Assembly: GCA_963795105.1 (NCBI GenBank)
Contig: CAWCGD010000001.1
Span: 917,097-981,096, forward strand
Direction: 5' to 3'
DNA length: 64,000 nt
DNA from: an uncultured Actinomycetota bacterium
GTDB taxonomy: Bacteria; Actinomycetota; Actinomycetes; Propionibacteriales; Nocardioidaceae
The first letter of the stretch is position 1, and the number at the start of each line of letters is the position of its first letter. The notes below the pieces were generated by a model. It was given only the letters and a program-made list of their open reading frames with translations. It was not told the origin of the DNA and did not search any database. A program made the translations under genes and the position numbers. Below are positions 39,000 to 49,359 of the stretch, in pieces.

Positions 39000-41144
39000 A
39001 TGGACGGCTCGAACCGCACGGTGCGGCTGGACATCCAGGCGCTTCGCGCAGCCGCCGTTGCCATGGTGGTCGTCTATCACCTCGCGCCGAACGTTCTGCC
39101 CGGCGGCTTCGTCGGCGTCGACGTCTTCTTTGTGATCTCCGGGTTCCTGATCACGACGCTGCTCATCGAGCGTCCGCCGACGAACGGGCCCCGAGAAATC
39201 GTGCACTGGCTACTCGAGTTCTGGTCGCGTCGGATCCGGCGCCTCCTGCCGGCCTCACTCCTCGTCCTGGCGGCCACGCTCGTCGCGACCCGGATCGTCC
39301 TTCCGCAGACCCAGTGGCAGGCCACCGCAGAGCAGGCCCGGGCGGCCGCCGTCTACATCGTGAACTGGGCACTCATCAGGGACGCGGTCGACTACCTCGC
39401 CGCCGAGCAGGCACCGACCGCCATCCAGCATTTCTGGTCGCTGGCTGTGGAGGAACAGTTCTACGTCGGCTGGCCGATCCTCATCCTGGCCCTGGCATTG
39501 GTGGCTCGCGGGCAGCGACGACGACTGGCTTTCACAGTCGGCATCGGTGTCGCGGTTGTCGCATCGTTCGCCTACTCCGTCCACCTGACCGGGACGAACC
39601 CCGCGGTCGCCTACTTCTCCACCGGCACTCGCATCTGGGAGCTCGGCGCCGGCGGTCTACTCGCGGTCGCCGCACCGGCGCTGGCCGGCCGGCTCGGCAG
39701 ACGCACGCCGCTTCTCGTCGCGACGACGGGGTGGCTGGCTATCGCGGTGACCGGCCTGCGCTACACCGACGCCACTCCCTTCCCCGGTTGGCAAGCCGCC
39801 CTGCCGATTGCCGGCACGCTGCTGGTCATCGCCGCGCACCGCGAGTTCCGATGGCAGGCGCTGCTGCCGGTGCACTGGCTCGGTGACGTGTCCTACTCGG
39901 TCTATCTGTGGCACTGGCCGCTGATCCTGCTGACTCCACCAGCCATCGCGATCGTCGCCGGCTCACCCGAGAGGGGTGCCCTGGACAACGCGGTCATCGT
40001 CGTCGCAACGCTCGTCTTGTCCGGCCTGTCGAAGGTCTACGTCGAGGATCGCTATCGGTACGGGCGGGTCAAGCCGACGGCGAAGGCTCAACGCCCGAAA
40101 CTACGCACGACGTACATATCCGCCGCGATCGGGATGGCAATGGTCGTCGCGCTCGCGTCGAGCCTGATCGCACTGGTGCATCACCAGCAGGCGGTCTACC
40201 GCGAGCAACTCGAGCACGCCCTGACGACCGCCGATCCGTGCCTGGGCGCGGGAGCGCTGAACCCGGCGCTCGACTGCCCGCCGCCCAAAGGCCCGCTGGT
40301 CCCGTCGCCGGCGTTGGCCGCCAAGGACTTCCCGGCTGCCTATAACGAGCAGGCCAACGGAGAGGATTGCCTGGCCCGCGCATCGGACTACCCCATCGTC
40401 ACCTGCCAGTACGGCGATCGTCGCGCCGGCTTCGAGGTCGCGCTCGTCGGTAACTCGCACGCTGCACACTGGGTGCCGACGCTCGACACCATCGCCAAGG
40501 ACCGGAACTGGCAGGTCACCACATATCTGGCGGCCAGTTGCAGCGGCGCCTACAACCTGACCGCGATGGCGACGATGTCCATTGCGCGACGCTGTATCGG
40601 ATGGGGAACTGACGTCGTCGCCCGTTTGCGCGCCGATCCGCCCGACCTGATCGTGTTCGCGACCCACATGGGTCGGTCCGCATGGGGCATCAACGGGATC
40701 GAGCGCAGCCTGCCCACCTTCGAAGACGGATTCCACCGGATGTTCGTCGACCTGGCCCGCGCGGAACGGCCGATCGTCGTCATTCGCGACACGCCTCAGG
40801 CCATCCACCACGGCGTCGACTCGATTCCGGACTGCGTCGCCGAACACCGCGGCGACCCGGAGAAGTGTGACGGACGGCGCGCGGCGTGGGAGATCGCCGA
40901 TCCCGCCGCCACCGCTGCTCGCGGGCTGCGTGCCCGGAACGTGGACATCACGGTGGCCGACCTCAACGACTACTTCTGCGACGAGAAGACCTGCTTCGCG
41001 GCCATCGGCGGCGTGATCGCCTACTTCGACGGCCACCACATCTCGGCGACCTACGCCCGTACCCTGGCGCCCTACCTCGACAAAGTGCTGACGTCGGCCG
41101 TGCTGACCGAGAGCGGAGTCAGGACGACGGGGCGACGACCGTGA
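39000..41144 (+). CDS. Acyltransferase-3 + SGNH O-acetyltransferase (OafA/OatA-like)
   Basis: DIQALRA.AV, GGFVGVDVFFVISGFLIT, HFWSLAVEEQFY, SYS.YLWHWP; C-terminal GNSH and D..H. Confidence 0.9.
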   Translation: MDGSNRTVRLDIQALRAAAVAMVVVYHLAPNVLPGGFVGVDVFFVISGFLITTLLIERPPTNGPREIVHWLLEFWSRRIRRLLPASLLVLAATLVATRIVLPQTQWQATAEQARAAAVYIVNWALIRDAVDYLAAEQAPTAIQHFWSLAVEEQFYVGWPILILALALVARGQRRRLAFTVGIGVAVVASFAYSVHLTGTNPAVAYFSTGTRIWELGAGGLLAVAAPALAGRLGRRTPLLVATTGWLAIAVTGLRYTDATPFPGWQAALPIAGTLLVIAAHREFRWQALLPVHWLGDVSYSVYLWHWPLILLTPPAIAIVAGSPERGALDNAVIVVATLVLSGLSKVYVEDRYRYGRVKPTAKAQRPKLRTTYISAAIGMAMVVALASSLIALVHHQQAVYREQLEHALTTADPCLGAGALNPALDCPPPKGPLVPSPALAAKDFPAAYNEQANGEDCLARASDYPIVTCQYGDRRAGFEVALVGNSHAAHWVPTLDTIAKDRNWQVTTYLAASCSGAYNLTAMATMSIARRCIGWGTDVVARLRADPPDLIVFATHMGRSAWGINGIERSLPTFEDGFHRMFVDLARAERPIVVIRDTPQAIHHGVDSIPDCVAEHRGDPEKCDGRRAAWEIADPAATAARGLRARNVDITVADLNDYFCDEKTCFAAIGGVIAYFDGHHISATYARTLAPYLDKVLTSAVLTESGVRTTGRRP

Positions 41145-42144
41145 TCAACCCGGCGTAGCGCGACACGTACTCGTCGTAGGCGAGCTTGATCCGCTTACGC
41201 CGATCGAGCAGCTCTTCGAAGGGCAACTCGACCGCGTAGATCGGGAACGCACCGGGCACGAGGTCAGCGAAGCTCGTCAGCACGGTCGAGTAGTTGCCGA
41301 CGATCGCGGCCGGCAGGATCCCCGCTTCGATCGGCACCAGCTCAGCCGGCACGTCGAACCGCACGACGGAGCACTCGGTCGACAAGGCGCGGAGTTTCGC
41401 CGCCGACTCGGCCCGGTGCGCCATGTAGAGCGGGGTGCTGTCGGGACGAACGGCACGGGCTGTCGCGATGAGCTCACGGGCGATCCGCAGCTCCAAGGCA
41501 TCGTCGGTGACGCCCACCCGGGTTAGTCCTTGCCCGACCACCAGCGTGACCGTCGCCGAGTGCGGCAGCCCGACGTACTGCCCCTTGACCCAGGCCCACG
41601 TATTGGTGTGGATGACGTCGCCGGGCGCGGATTGAAGCAGGTCCGGGTAGGCAGTGAAGAACGTGACGGCCGGCAACGGGAGGAACCCGCCCCGCTCCGC
41701 GTCCTGGGACCACGTCAGTGGTCGCACTCCCCCGTCCGTGCGGTCGATGAGCATGGTCATGTTGCCGTCGTCCAGGACGACCACGTCGTCACGGCCGCGC
41801 TCAAGGTCGCGGGCGAGCCGCCAACCCACGGTTTCGCGGTAGTCCCCGAGCACGAGCAGCGCGTCGGCCAGGCCTTCACCGCGGACGATGTCTGCCAATT
41901 CGCGGGCTACGTCTCCGGTTTTCTCGGTCGGATGGCCAAAGCCACCGCGCGGCCGGAAGCGGAAGGTGAACTCGCCCTCCAGCCGCGCCAGCGTGTTGAA
42001 CGTGGGCGTCAGCATGGCCGCATCCGGCAGCCGGTTGATGAGGACGAGGCCCGAGTCGATGCCGGCAACGCGTGCATACTCGAGCAGGCTCAGCGCCTGG
42101 AACGGCGATCCGATGAGCGCGACGGCCGACGTCGTCCCGGGCAT
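41119..42144 (-). CDS. Putative nonulosonate (sialyl-like) transferase
   Basis: SPFQ N-terminal motif, LDDG, MAHRAE, YSTVL; resembles the D/E-D/E-G plus H-x motifs of bacterial sialyltransferases; linked to leg genes. Confidence 0.5.
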   Translation of the reverse strand: MPGTTSAVALIGSPFQALSLLEYARVAGIDSGLVLINRLPDAAMLTPTFNTLARLEGEFTFRFRPRGGFGHPTEKTGDVARELADIVRGEGLADALLVLGDYRETVGWRLARDLERGRDDVVVLDDGNMTMLIDRTDGGVRPLTWSQDAERGGFLPLPAVTFFTAYPDLLQSAPGDVIHTNTWAWVKGQYVGLPHSATVTLVVGQGLTRVGVTDDALELRIARELIATARAVRPDSTPLYMAHRAESAAKLRALSTECSVVRFDVPAELVPIEAGILPAAIVGNYSTVLTSFADLVPGAFPIYAVELPFEELLDRRKRIKLAYDEYVSRYAGLITVVAPSS

Positions 42145-42147
42145 GCG

Positions 42148-42456
42148 TCAGTCGGCCGCGTCGGGCGTCTTGTCGAGGTCGCGCCCGGCGAGAGTCGCGT
42201 AGCGGTTCAGTGCGGCCAGGCCGGTTTCGATCTCCTGGTCGCGCATCGCATTGGCCAAGGCCTTCTGGCCGCGCTTGAGCGCCTGGAGACTCCGGTCCAT
42301 GCGGCTCTGCCGGAGACCGAGGACCACGAGGAACGCGACGAGCACAGCGGCCAGGGCCGCGCGGGCTACGGGTGTGTCGACATAGGCCAAGGCGGCGGCA
42401 ATCGCAGCGGCCACGACACCGACGGCGATCCACTTGCTGTTGCCTGACACATGCAC
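42148..42456 (-). CDS. Small hypothetical membrane protein
   Basis: Two N-terminal hydrophobic helices plus a short coiled-coil-like tail; 3 nt upstream of the putative transferase. Confidence 0.6.
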   Translation of the reverse strand: MHVSGNSKWIAVGVVAAAIAAALAYVDTPVARAALAAVLVAFLVVLGLRQSRMDRSLQALKRGQKALANAMRDQEIETGLAALNRYATLAGRDLDKTPDAAD

Positions 42457-42491
42457 AGCGTAGCCAAGTCAGCCCCGTAGGATCGTGTCCC

Positions 42492-43541
42492 ATGACGGAC
42501 GAGCACACGGCAAAACTCCCGGTCGTTGCCGCGTCGGCTTCCCTCCACGACGTCCTGAAGGCGATCGACGACGGCACCTGGGGCATCGCGTGCCTAGTCG
42601 ACGCCGATGGCGTCCTGCTGGGCGTGCTGACCGACGGCGACGTCCGTCGCGCCCTGATTGCCGGCCACCCGTTGTCCGATCCGGCGATCGACCACGCGTC
42701 CCGGCAGCCGCAGACTGTCGCGACCGGCACACCGCGTGCTCACGTGATCGACCTGATGAGCGCTCTCACGCTCGACGCCATCCCCGAGGTCGACGACCAG
42801 AATCGCGTCGTGCACGTGCACAGCCTGTCCCAGGTGGTCGGGCCCAAGACACTCCCCAATTCCGCCGTGATCATGGCCGGTGGCAAGGGGACCCGGCTCG
42901 GAAAGCTCACGAGTGAGACCCCAAAGCCGCTCATGACCGTTGCCGGACGCTCGATCCTGGAATGGATCATCCTGGGCCTGGTCGGCGACGGTATTCGGCA
43001 CATCTACGTCAGCGTCAATCACTTGGCCGACCAGATCGTCGACCACCTCGGTGACGGCTCACGGCTCGGCGTCACCGTGGAGTACCTGCACGAGGATCCC
43101 GACGTCCCGCTCGGTACCGGCGGTTCGCTGGCGCTCATCGAAAGCCGGCCCTCGGAGCCGCTGTTGGTCATCAACGGCGACCTGCTCGTCGAATTCGATG
43201 CCCGCGAGCTGCTGCGATTCCATGCCGAGCGCGAGGCGCGCATCACGATGGGCGTCCGCAGTTACATGCACACCGTGCCGTTCGGCGTCGTCGAGACCGA
43301 CGGTGACCGCGTCCAGGACATCGTGGAGAAGCCCGACCTCCAGGTGACGGTGAACGCCGCCGTGTACTGCATTGATCCTGACCTCATCGACTTGGTGCCG
43401 CGCGGCACGATGTCGCATGTCCCGGACCTCGTCCAGCAGTGCCTTGACACCGGTCAGAACGTTGTCGCTTGGCACATCACGTCTGATTGGATCGATGTCG
43501 GCACCCCAGCCGACTTGGCCCGCGCGAAGGGAATGACATGA
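42492..43541 (+). CDS. CBS-domain nucleotidyltransferase (PtmE/LegX-like)
   Basis: Two CBS repeats (GVLTDGDVRRAL) followed by IMAGGKGTRL..PKPL, GTGGSL, INGDL, WIDVG. Confidence 0.88.
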   Translation: MTDEHTAKLPVVAASASLHDVLKAIDDGTWGIACLVDADGVLLGVLTDGDVRRALIAGHPLSDPAIDHASRQPQTVATGTPRAHVIDLMSALTLDAIPEVDDQNRVVHVHSLSQVVGPKTLPNSAVIMAGGKGTRLGKLTSETPKPLMTVAGRSILEWIILGLVGDGIRHIYVSVNHLADQIVDHLGDGSRLGVTVEYLHEDPDVPLGTGGSLALIESRPSEPLLVINGDLLVEFDARELLRFHAEREARITMGVRSYMHTVPFGVVETDGDRVQDIVEKPDLQVTVNAAVYCIDPDLIDLVPRGTMSHVPDLVQQCLDTGQNVVAWHITSDWIDVGTPADLARAKGMT

Positions 43542-44566
43542 CCCTTACTGAGCAATTGGCGGGGCACCTGAGCGGCCAGACCGTCCTGGTCACCGGCTCT
43601 GACGGGTTCATCGGCAGCCACGTTGTCGAGACGCTGTTGGACCTCGGCGCCACGGTGCGCGCGTTCGCGCTCTACAACTCGTTCGGCTCGCTCGGCTGGC
43701 TCGACTCGTCCGATGTCTTCCAGAAGGCGGTCGACAGCGGCCAAGCCGAATTCGTCCTCGGCGACATTCGCGATGCCGAGCACGTGTCGCAGTCGGTCGA
43801 CGGCGTCGACATCGTCCTGCACCTGGCGGCCCTCATCGCCATCCCCTACTCGTACGTCGCACCGCGCTCGTACGTCGAGACCAACATCACCGGGACGCTC
43901 AACGTCCTCGAGGCAGTCCGCAAGCACGGCACCAAGCGTCTCGTCCACACGTCGACGTCGGAGGTGTACGGCACGCCGGAGACCGTGCCGATCACCGAGG
44001 ACAACGCCCTGCGCGGCCAGTCGCCGTACTCGGCGTCCAAGATCGGCGCGGACAAGATGGCCGAGTCGTACGCCCTGTCGTTCGAGACGCCTGTCACCGT
44101 GCTGCGCCCGTTCAACACCTTCGGCCCGCGGCAGTCCACGCGCGCGGTGATTCCGACTGTGCTCTCCCAGCTGCTGGCCGGGGCACCCGAGCTGCGCCTC
44201 GGGTCGCTGCATCCCAAGCGTGACTTCACCTTCGTCACCGACACAGCGCTCGGCTTCGCCCGCGCCGCCATCACCGACCTCGAGCCCGGCACCACCGTGC
44301 AGCTCGGCACCGGGCGCACCGTCTCGGTCGGCGACATCGTCGACCTGGCACGGAAGATCACCGGAAACAATGCCGAGGTCATAACCGAAGACCAGCGCAT
44401 CCGCCCGGACGCCTCCGAGGTCGAGATCCTGCTGTCGGATCCGTCCAAGGCGAAGGATCTCCTCGGCTGGGAGCCGCAGATCGACCTCGAGACCGGCCTG
44501 CAGCGCACTGCGGACTTCATCCGGGAATCCGGCGACCTCAGCGGCGCGCACCGCTACCACCAATGA
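43538..44566 (+). CDS. legB: NAD-dependent 4,6-dehydratase, LegB type
   Basis: TGSDGFIGSH, YNSFGSLGWLD, LAALIAIPYSYVAP, TSTSEVYG, QSPYSASK, FNTFGPRQS.RAVIPT. Confidence 0.85.
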   Translation: MTLTEQLAGHLSGQTVLVTGSDGFIGSHVVETLLDLGATVRAFALYNSFGSLGWLDSSDVFQKAVDSGQAEFVLGDIRDAEHVSQSVDGVDIVLHLAALIAIPYSYVAPRSYVETNITGTLNVLEAVRKHGTKRLVHTSTSEVYGTPETVPITEDNALRGQSPYSASKIGADKMAESYALSFETPVTVLRPFNTFGPRQSTRAVIPTVLSQLLAGAPELRLGSLHPKRDFTFVTDTALGFARAAITDLEPGTTVQLGTGRTVSVGDIVDLARKITGNNAEVITEDQRIRPDASEVEILLSDPSKAKDLLGWEPQIDLETGLQRTADFIRESGDLSGAHRYHQ

Positions 44567-45756
44567 CGACTCCCCCAGAAATGCGAACTGGCGAGACCCA
44601 CGCCCCCGGGGCACCCGCGGCCGCCGGGGACATCCCGCTGGCCGTACCCAACGTGAGCGCCGCCGAGCGCGACGCCGTGCTTGCCGCGATCGACTCCGGC
44701 TTCGTCTCCTCCGTGGGCCCGGCGGTCAGCGAGTTCGAGGCCGAGTTCGCCGCGCTCGTCGGGTCGCGTCACGCGGTCGCAACGGCCAGCGGCACCGCCG
44801 CTCTGCACGTCGCCATGCGACTGGCCGGCGTCGAGCCGGGCGACGAGGTGTTCGTCTCCGACTTCACGTTCATCGGGTCGTCCAACCCCGTCGCCTACCA
44901 AGGCGCCAAGATCACGCTCGTCGATTCCGAGGCGGAGTCGTGGAACATGGATCCCGCTGTGCTGGAATCCGAGTTGGCCCGCCGCGAGGAGGCCGGCGAG
45001 ACCCAGCCGAAGGCGATCGAACTCGTTCACGTGTTGGGACAGCCAGCCGCCGGACACCGGATCGCTGACATCGCGGCGCGCTACGGCGTCATGCTCATCG
45101 AAGACGCTGCGGAGAGCCTCGGGGCGGGCTGGGTCGATGAGGACGGAACATTCACGAGCACTGGCACGCTGGGCCAGATCGGCGCGTTCTCATTCAACGG
45201 CAACAAGATCGTGACGGCCGGTGGCGGCGGCATGATCGTCACCGACGACGACGCCCTCGCGGCCCGCGCACGGCACCTGACTACCCAGGCCAAGGTGCCC
45301 GACGTCGGCTACCTGCACGACGAGGTCGGCTACAACTACCGCCTGACGAACCTCGCGGCCGCGTTCGGCTTGGCGCAGCTGCGCCGGCTGCCCGAGTTCG
45401 TCGCGGCCAAGACGGCGATTGCGCAGCGCTACAACGATGCGTTCGCGGACCTGCCGATCACGCGGCCGCCGCGCATCGAGGGCGCGCTCTCGACCTACTG
45501 GCTCTACTCGGTCCTGCTGGACAACGAGGCTCAGCGTGACTCGGTGCTGGATTTCCTGCACGAGCGTGGCATCAGGGCGCGCTCCGTGTGGCGGCCGTTG
45601 CACCTGCAGCCGCCCCTGCGTGATGCCGCCGTTCTCGGTGGCGCGGTGGCCGAGAGCCTGTTCCAGCGTGGGTTGTCGCTGCCGTGCTCGACCGACCTCA
45701 CCGAGTCCGATCAGGACCGGGTGATCGAGGCCGTCCGGGCCGCCGTGAATCCCTGA
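44563..45756 (+). CDS. legC: PLP-dependent aminotransferase, LegC type
   Basis: FVSSVG, SGTAALH, EDAAESLG, SFNGNKIVT.GGGG, TTQAK, HDEVGYNYRLTN. Confidence 0.85.
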   Translation: MTTPPEMRTGETHAPGAPAAAGDIPLAVPNVSAAERDAVLAAIDSGFVSSVGPAVSEFEAEFAALVGSRHAVATASGTAALHVAMRLAGVEPGDEVFVSDFTFIGSSNPVAYQGAKITLVDSEAESWNMDPAVLESELARREEAGETQPKAIELVHVLGQPAAGHRIADIAARYGVMLIEDAAESLGAGWVDEDGTFTSTGTLGQIGAFSFNGNKIVTAGGGGMIVTDDDALAARARHLTTQAKVPDVGYLHDEVGYNYRLTNLAAAFGLAQLRRLPEFVAAKTAIAQRYNDAFADLPITRPPRIEGALSTYWLYSVLLDNEAQRDSVLDFLHERGIRARSVWRPLHLQPPLRDAAVLGGAVAESLFQRGLSLPCSTDLTESDQDRVIEAVRAAVNP

Positions 45757-45777
45757 CGTTTGGGCTCCACAACGCAG

Positions 45778-46224
45778 TCACCCTCGCGGCGGAAGCGTCT
45801 CTTCCACAGCAGCGATCCATGCATCAGGATCAGAGGGCTGGATGGCGAACGATCCGCGGTGGGTCTCGATGACGGCATGCGCCTTGCCGTTGCGGTAATG
45901 ACCATTCCATCGCAACTGCTGACTCACCTGCAAGATTTCGCGAAGAGGGACCTCGAACCCGCGAACGGCGAGCCGACGCACGACCAACCGATCGCGGGTG
46001 AGCGCCACGGCGACAAAGCCGCGGGCGCGCGGGTAAGGGCCGCCCGTCGCCCCTTGATAGTGGACCCGTTCCGGCCCAAGCACGATCGGCGTCCCGCGCA
46101 ACTCATCACCGAGCTTCGTTGTCAGTCGCCGCAGGGCACGCATGACGGAGAACCAGATCACTCCTTGAACCACGCCGATGACCGCCAGAAGAATTGCGAC
46201 AAAGAGTGCCGTAGCCATGGTCAA
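45778..46224 (-). CDS. Hypothetical membrane-anchored protein
   Basis: N-terminal TM helix plus beta-rich domain; convergent with legC. Confidence 0.6.
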   Translation of the reverse strand: MTMATALFVAILLAVIGVVQGVIWFSVMRALRRLTTKLGDELRGTPIVLGPERVHYQGATGGPYPRARGFVAVALTRDRLVVRRLAVRGFEVPLREILQVSQQLRWNGHYRNGKAHAVIETHRGSFAIQPSDPDAWIAAVEETLPPRG

Positions 46225-46349
46225 ACGCTACGCGGACGTTGCCCTCCAGACGTTCGGCTTCATGGGAGGCACTACTGCGCAACCGAAAGGCGGCCATGCT
46301 TGCCGCGGTTAGCGCGCCCGCTACGGAGCCTGAGGTAAAGGGAACCGTC

Positions 46350-47570
46350 TCACACAGTTGGGCGGGCCGGGGATCGGTCTCGGCCCAGCAGCGGGTTGAG
46401 CATCCACAGCCCGATCACCGGCCCAAGCGCCAGCCAAGGCAGCACTTGTGCCAGCGGCCACACAGCTGCAGCTCGCACGAACAGTTCGATGCTCACGACC
46501 GAGATGGCGAAGCCGATGCAGTTGCTGACGGTCAGCACGCTGCCCACCACTGCAGGCGGCGCGTTCTGCGCGGTGAGGGTGGAGAACTGGGGCGAGTCGC
46601 CGGAGACGGTGGCGCCCCAAAGCAGCATCCAAGCGATGAATAGTGGCAGCGGAGCCACCAGCATCAGCGGTGCCGCGAGGCAGCAGATGCCGCTGGTGGC
46701 CAGCTGAAGTTGCGCCACGCGCGCGCTGCCCAAGCGCTGTGCAGCCAGCCCCCCGACCACGCAGCCAATGAAGCCGGCGCCGATCACCCAGAACGCCACC
46801 CCACTGACGGCGCCGGCGGCGAGGCGCGACCCCAGCACCACCGGGACCAGCACGATCATCGCGTATAGCTCCCACATGTGACCGAAGTAGCCGAACACGG
46901 ACGCGCGGACCCTCACGTCAGACCAGATGAGGCCGAGGGCGCGCGGAGTGACGCGGGCGCCAGCCGGTGGACCGGGATGGGATGGCACTAGGAGTGCCGT
47001 GGCCAGCCCGCCGAGCACAGCCAGCACGGATACCGAGATCACCACCGCCTGCCACGGCGCGAGGCTGCCGAACGATAGGGCGGTGCTGTGCGTCCCGCCG
47101 ACCAAGGCGCGGAGGCCGTGAGGCAGCGCTGTTCCCAGTACGAGCGCGCCGATCAGGACGCCCATGGCCGCACCGAGCCCCTCGCGGTACCAGCTGGCAG
47201 CGATCTTCATCCCCACCGGGTAGATGCCGGCGAGCATGAAGCCGACAGCGAAGCGCACGACGAGCAGGATTCCGAGGCGGCCGTCGACGACCAGGATGGC
47301 CAAGTTCAGCAGTGCGCCCAGCACCGAACAGGCCAGGAAGACCAGCGTGGGCGGGAATCGGTCGGACAGCATGAGCAGTGCGAACACCAACGTGCCCGCG
47401 ACGAAGCCGAGTTGGACCGCAGACGTCAGTGTCCCAAGCGCCGCGTCCGGAAAATCCCAGCGCTGCTGCAGGTCCGGCATGACGGCGTTGACGGCGAACC
47501 ACAGCGAGGTGCCGGCGAACTGAGACAGGACAATCACCGGCAGGATGCGACGGGGCACGCGCGTCGGCAT
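46350..47570 (-). CDS. MFS transporter
   Basis: LSQFAGTSLWF, LTSAVQLGF, GIYPVGMKIAASW, GHMWELYA, DSPQFS; about 12 TM segments; ATG at 47570. Confidence 0.88.
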   Translation of the reverse strand: MPTRVPRRILPVIVLSQFAGTSLWFAVNAVMPDLQQRWDFPDAALGTLTSAVQLGFVAGTLVFALLMLSDRFPPTLVFLACSVLGALLNLAILVVDGRLGILLVVRFAVGFMLAGIYPVGMKIAASWYREGLGAAMGVLIGALVLGTALPHGLRALVGGTHSTALSFGSLAPWQAVVISVSVLAVLGGLATALLVPSHPGPPAGARVTPRALGLIWSDVRVRASVFGYFGHMWELYAMIVLVPVVLGSRLAAGAVSGVAFWVIGAGFIGCVVGGLAAQRLGSARVAQLQLATSGICCLAAPLMLVAPLPLFIAWMLLWGATVSGDSPQFSTLTAQNAPPAVVGSVLTVSNCIGFAISVVSIELFVRAAAVWPLAQVLPWLALGPVIGLWMLNPLLGRDRSPARPTV

Positions 47571-47742
47571 CGGAACAGCGTATGCCCCCCGTTGGCGGTC
47601 GCCACGCAATCCAAGGCAGCGGGCCAAGCCGAACTGAGATTGCGAACTGACCAGTCATGGGGACGTTCGTCGGCTGACTTGCTGGTTCGATGGTCCCAAA
47701 TCGAGCGAACTTGCGGCAATCAGTGCGACCGCCGAGTTCCGG

Positions 47743-49107
47743 TTAGGGACGGATGTTCTGGTTGTGCCGGAATAGGTTGTGCGGGTCGTAGGCCCGCTTG
47801 ACGTCCACGAGCCGCGTGTAGTTGCTGCCGTACGTGTCGGAAACGCGGCCTTGGTCATCGTCGGACATGAAGTTGACGTATCCGCCCGCCTCAGAGTGGG
47901 GGGTGAGCGCGTCGGAGTATCCGCGGACCCAGGCAATGTTGTCGGCGTCGTCAGACTCGTCCGGCCACGCGGAGACGATGACAGTCGAAAACGTCGCGTG
48001 GCGGTACGAGAACGCGGTGTCGGTGGCACCAACGCGGGCGGCGGCACCATTGATCGGGTAAAGATGCATCGTCGAGCTGGGGTTTGGCGCCTTCGGGCCG
48101 TGGGCCAGATGCACGTCAATGGCCGCATCCGTCAACTCGGTGACGTAGTTGCCCTTCCAGTAACTCCGGACACCTCGCGGAAACAGCTCGTCGAACGCGC
48201 TGTTGAGCCATGGGTACGGCATGGGCTCGACCAGTTCGCCTACCCGCGGGGCAAGGTCGCGGAACGGCTGCATAGCCGCCTCGCCCTCCTCGATCGGTCC
48301 GCTCCACTGGACGATCGCAGCGCAGAACGTGTCGCCATGGCGGTCCTCCGGCAGGAACGGCAACGGCGGCGCCACTTGGAATGCCGGGAACGCACCGTAG
48401 CGCTCGTCGGCGTCCGTGATCCACGTGCGGAAGAAGCGAAGCAAGTCCCCAGCGTGCTCCAGCTCGTAGAAGAAGAGCCCGACAACCACCTGGTCCACAG
48501 GGTGAAGGTCGAACTCAAATGAGGTGACGACGCCGAAGTTGCCGCTGCCGCCGCGAAGCGCCCAGAAAAGGTCGGCGTTCTCCTCCGCACTGGCTCGACG
48601 GATCTGTCCGTCGGCCGTGACCACGTCGGCCGACCGGAGGTTGTCGATCGACAGCCCGAGGCCGCGCGTGAGGTAGCCGATGCCGCCACCCAGGGTCAAG
48701 CCTCCAACGCCGGTGGTCGAGACGATGCCCCCGGGCATCGCCAGCCCGTATGCGTGAGTCGCGTAGTTGAGATCGCCGAGGGTCGCGCCGCCACCGACCC
48801 GTGCGGTGCGGGCCGTCGGGTCGACGTGCACGAAGCGCATCGGCGACAGGTCTATTACCAGGCCGTCGTCGATCGTCCCGAAACCTGGTGCGCTGTGACC
48901 CCCACCGCGCACCGCGAGCTCCAAGCCCTCGTCGCGGGCGAAGTTCACAGCGGCAACGACGTCGGCGACTTGTTCGGCCTGCACGATCACGGCCGGTCGC
49001 CGGTCAATCATTCCGTTCCAGACGGATCGCGCGATGTCGTAGTCGTCATCCTCGGGCGTAACGACCCGCGCGCGCACTTGCTCACGAAACTCAATCATGG
49101 ATGTCAT
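47743..49107 (-). CDS. FAD-binding oxidoreductase, berberine-bridge-enzyme-like
   Basis: RP..IV, RGGGHS (covalent-FAD His), GVGGLTLGGG, LFWALRGG.GNFGVVT, YVNF, KRAYDP.NLF. Confidence 0.92.
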   Translation of the reverse strand: MTSMIEFREQVRARVVTPEDDDYDIARSVWNGMIDRRPAVIVQAEQVADVVAAVNFARDEGLELAVRGGGHSAPGFGTIDDGLVIDLSPMRFVHVDPTARTARVGGGATLGDLNYATHAYGLAMPGGIVSTTGVGGLTLGGGIGYLTRGLGLSIDNLRSADVVTADGQIRRASAEENADLFWALRGGSGNFGVVTSFEFDLHPVDQVVVGLFFYELEHAGDLLRFFRTWITDADERYGAFPAFQVAPPLPFLPEDRHGDTFCAAIVQWSGPIEEGEAAMQPFRDLAPRVGELVEPMPYPWLNSAFDELFPRGVRSYWKGNYVTELTDAAIDVHLAHGPKAPNPSSTMHLYPINGAAARVGATDTAFSYRHATFSTVIVSAWPDESDDADNIAWVRGYSDALTPHSEAGGYVNFMSDDDQGRVSDTYGSNYTRLVDVKRAYDPHNLFRHNQNIRP

Positions 49108-49359
49108 GTCGTCACCTGTCGCCCTCGCAGAGTCATCGTTTCAGGCAGCGTATCCGCTCTAAAAGGTCTTGCCGGCTGGTTCGCGGGCACGGCAGCAAGG
49201 TTCCTTGAGCCCGTTATTGGGAGGCGACGTCGCGAACCTGCTGCGGGAGCCAGGAGTCACTCATATGGTCGAACCGACCGGAGCGTCTGCGATGGTAGCT
49301 ACAGACACCCATCCTCGGCACTACCGCGGGGACTTCCACCACCGACGGAGACAAGAGAA

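Noticed and set aside
49108-49359. Possible riboswitch or sRNA in the long gap between the FAD oxidase and cupin genes
   Set aside because: No recognisable aptamer motif, terminator or convincing stem was seen; the gap is consistent with two divergent promoters.
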